From Selaginella moellendorffii (taxonomy: Eukaryota > Plantae > Lycopodiophyta), in contig NW_003314298.1 of assembly GCF_000143415.4 (NCBI RefSeq), positions 62,001 through 126,000 on the forward strand: a stretch of DNA of 64,000 nt. The letters run 5' to 3'. Below the pieces are notes generated by a model. The model saw nothing but the letters and a program-made list of their open reading frames with translations, was not told the DNA's origin and did no database searches. How positions within the stretch are numbered: the first letter of the stretch is position 1; every line of letters begins with the position of its first letter. Positions 62,207-64,000 of the stretch are shown piece by piece. Made by a program: the position numbers and the translations under genes.

Positions 62207-62572
62207 ACATCTTCCCACACTGGAACAAAGATGGCCTTCAACTTGGAAAAAGTTGAGTAGGATGTGTAACACTCACTTTTCTCCCACTCTTCATGCTCAC
62301 TTTTTGATTCATGGGCTGTGCACCAAAAGATCTGGAGCAGACAAAGAACCACTGCTGCCATGCCTCCTCACTCTAATGGTAATTGTTGCAAGTTCATCCT
62401 TCTATGCACTAACATCATTAGTAACATTAATATGACTCTCTATCACACCACTCATTTACTCACTTAATCTTTGCTTCTTCATCCCCACTAATTAATCACG
62501 CTTAGTCAACTCGATACCTCGCTTTATTTTAACCGCCTTTTTATAAAAAACTGTCACGTGCCCGGGAGTGGA

Positions 62573-63832
62573 CTACCAATCTGGAGGAAGTGGTACGTTT
62601 TGCCATCCCGCAATCTTGCATACTTTGTCCACGAGCTCTGGCCCTGCAGCTTCTATCGTGCAATTGGAGTAGCAGCTCTCGGGACGAAAGACTTGGTGTG
62701 GATTTCTGGCCTCCCACTGCGCTCCACCTAGAAAGACATCCCCGCTTGAGCAGACGCAGCCACACTCAGCTTCGTTTTTGTCGAGAGCCTGCAAAGAAAC
62801 TGTTGTAAACGCTGTGAATTCCTTGCGGTAAATGCTTGCCTTCTCTGTGTAGTACTCAAATACTTTTTTCTTTGATCCTGCTTGGTATACATTGCCCTGC
62901 GAGCATATCTACAGACAGAGAGACACGTCAAAGGAAAGGATGAAAAAGAAGCAAGCTTGGAAGTACCTGAGACTCAACGCTAGCGCACACAGCGTAGATA
63001 CCCCAGTTCCTCGTGTAATTGTTGTAAAGGTGGACTTTGGCGAACCTTACCCGGGGATGCCTCTGCCTTGTGCCGTCAAAGAAGCAATGGTGGATCGTGA
63101 TTCGCATGTTTCGATCTTCTATGTGCTTTGCGTCGGCGCTGATGAGCATCGTCTTGTCGTGGTGGTGGAAGTGGCACCTGGAACGAGAGACAAGTAAGAG
63201 AACTCTTCAGTCAAACTGTGTACCTGGAGACCGTGATGTCGGTGCTCTGCCTTGTGATGTCAATCAGCCCATCGTCGTAGTCGGAGAGCGAGCATCGATC
63301 GATCCACACCTTCTCGGTGTTTGGCTTGATCTGGATTCCATCCACATCGTGGCCGCGGCCCCCCTGGAACTCCAAGTTACAGATGATGATGTGCTCGCAT
63401 TTCTTGAGCTGGATGCCGTGCCCGGTGATCTTGATCCTCTGGCCTCGGCCATCGAGAGTCTTGCGCGACGCTACGCGGATCGCCGACGACACCGAAATAT
63501 TTCCAGACAGATCAAACACGATCCAGAGAGGCTGTTCTTGGCGGCAGCCATAGCGGAGGCTCCCAGGCCCATCGTCTTGGAGAGAAATAAAGACCTTAGC
63601 TCATAATCGCTGCCTAGAACACAGGATCCTCACCGGCAAGGGTCGTGACATGGTAGACCGCTCCTTCCAGGCCGCCGATGGATGCGCTCCCAAATCCCTG
63701 CGCGGCCCTAGCGAGCGCTCGCAGCCTGGAATCCACATTCGCGTAGGGACCAGGCGCCGATGGAGCTGGATCGGGCGTGCCGTGATGGATTTCGATTCCC
63801 GGGCAGCAGCATTTGCGCAGCCGATTCATCAT
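62573..63832 (-). CDS. Pectate lyase-like protein (PL1), multi-exon, no signal peptide
   Basis: AQGFGSASIGG...YHVTTL, SRKTLDGRG, DGIQIK, VWIDRCSL, DGLIDI, RHPRVRFAKVHLYNNY. Confidence 0.92.
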
Positions 63833-64000
63833 CTGGGAAGAACACCCAAAGGGTAAAGCAAAGGGGGTTTAAAAGGCACGACAAGGCCAGATACCTAGAT
63901 TGAGATGGCGAGATCGACAGAGGTGGCGGAATGGTGGGCGGACAAAGAGTGATCGATGTCAGGGAAGTTTGCGATGCGTTCTATACAACGTGTGCTCGAG

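Larger units (their letters stand above)
24299..62507. mobile_element. Possible old non-autonomous TIR element (24299-25763 plus 61252-62507) split by the Gypsy block
   Basis: ggctaagtgggattaattagtg (24299-24320) matches the reverse complement of 62486-62507 at 19/22. A diverged ~200-bp segment is shared by both halves (24340-24550 and 61330-61540). No clear TSD. Confidence 0.4.

Overview
Eukaryotic, land-plant DNA. Very short GT-AG introns (about 47-60 bp) and tiny intergenic gaps resemble the lycophyte Selaginella; this is an inference. Layout: 1-4.4 kb holds a SWIM-finger remnant and a decayed L1-type LINE. 4.4-24.1 kb is a very compact gene island: calumenin-like EF-hand protein, U11/U12 25K, ceQORH-like reductase, CYP71-clan P450, DUF3598-like protein, SPPL protease, a ~2470-aa multidomain enzyme and a DUF248/PMT methyltransferase. 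24.3-62.5 kb is a nested transposon block: a chromovirus Gypsy containing non-coding LARD-like elements, a TRIM and an element with a fold-back LTR, with one 710-N gap. 62.6-63.8 kb is a pectate lyase. The best candidate for an undescribed system is the 7-exon gene at 13363-21107 (-). It fuses a PAI-like FAD fatty-acid isomerase, a fatty acyl-AMP ligase, two ACPs, three Pls-like transmembrane/beta-helix modules and a coral-type catalase-related allene oxide synthase domain. This reads as a possible NRPS-like oxylipin or lipid-polymer assembly line, next to lipid-redox genes. Family assignments come from motif recognition and recalled sequences; no database search was run.
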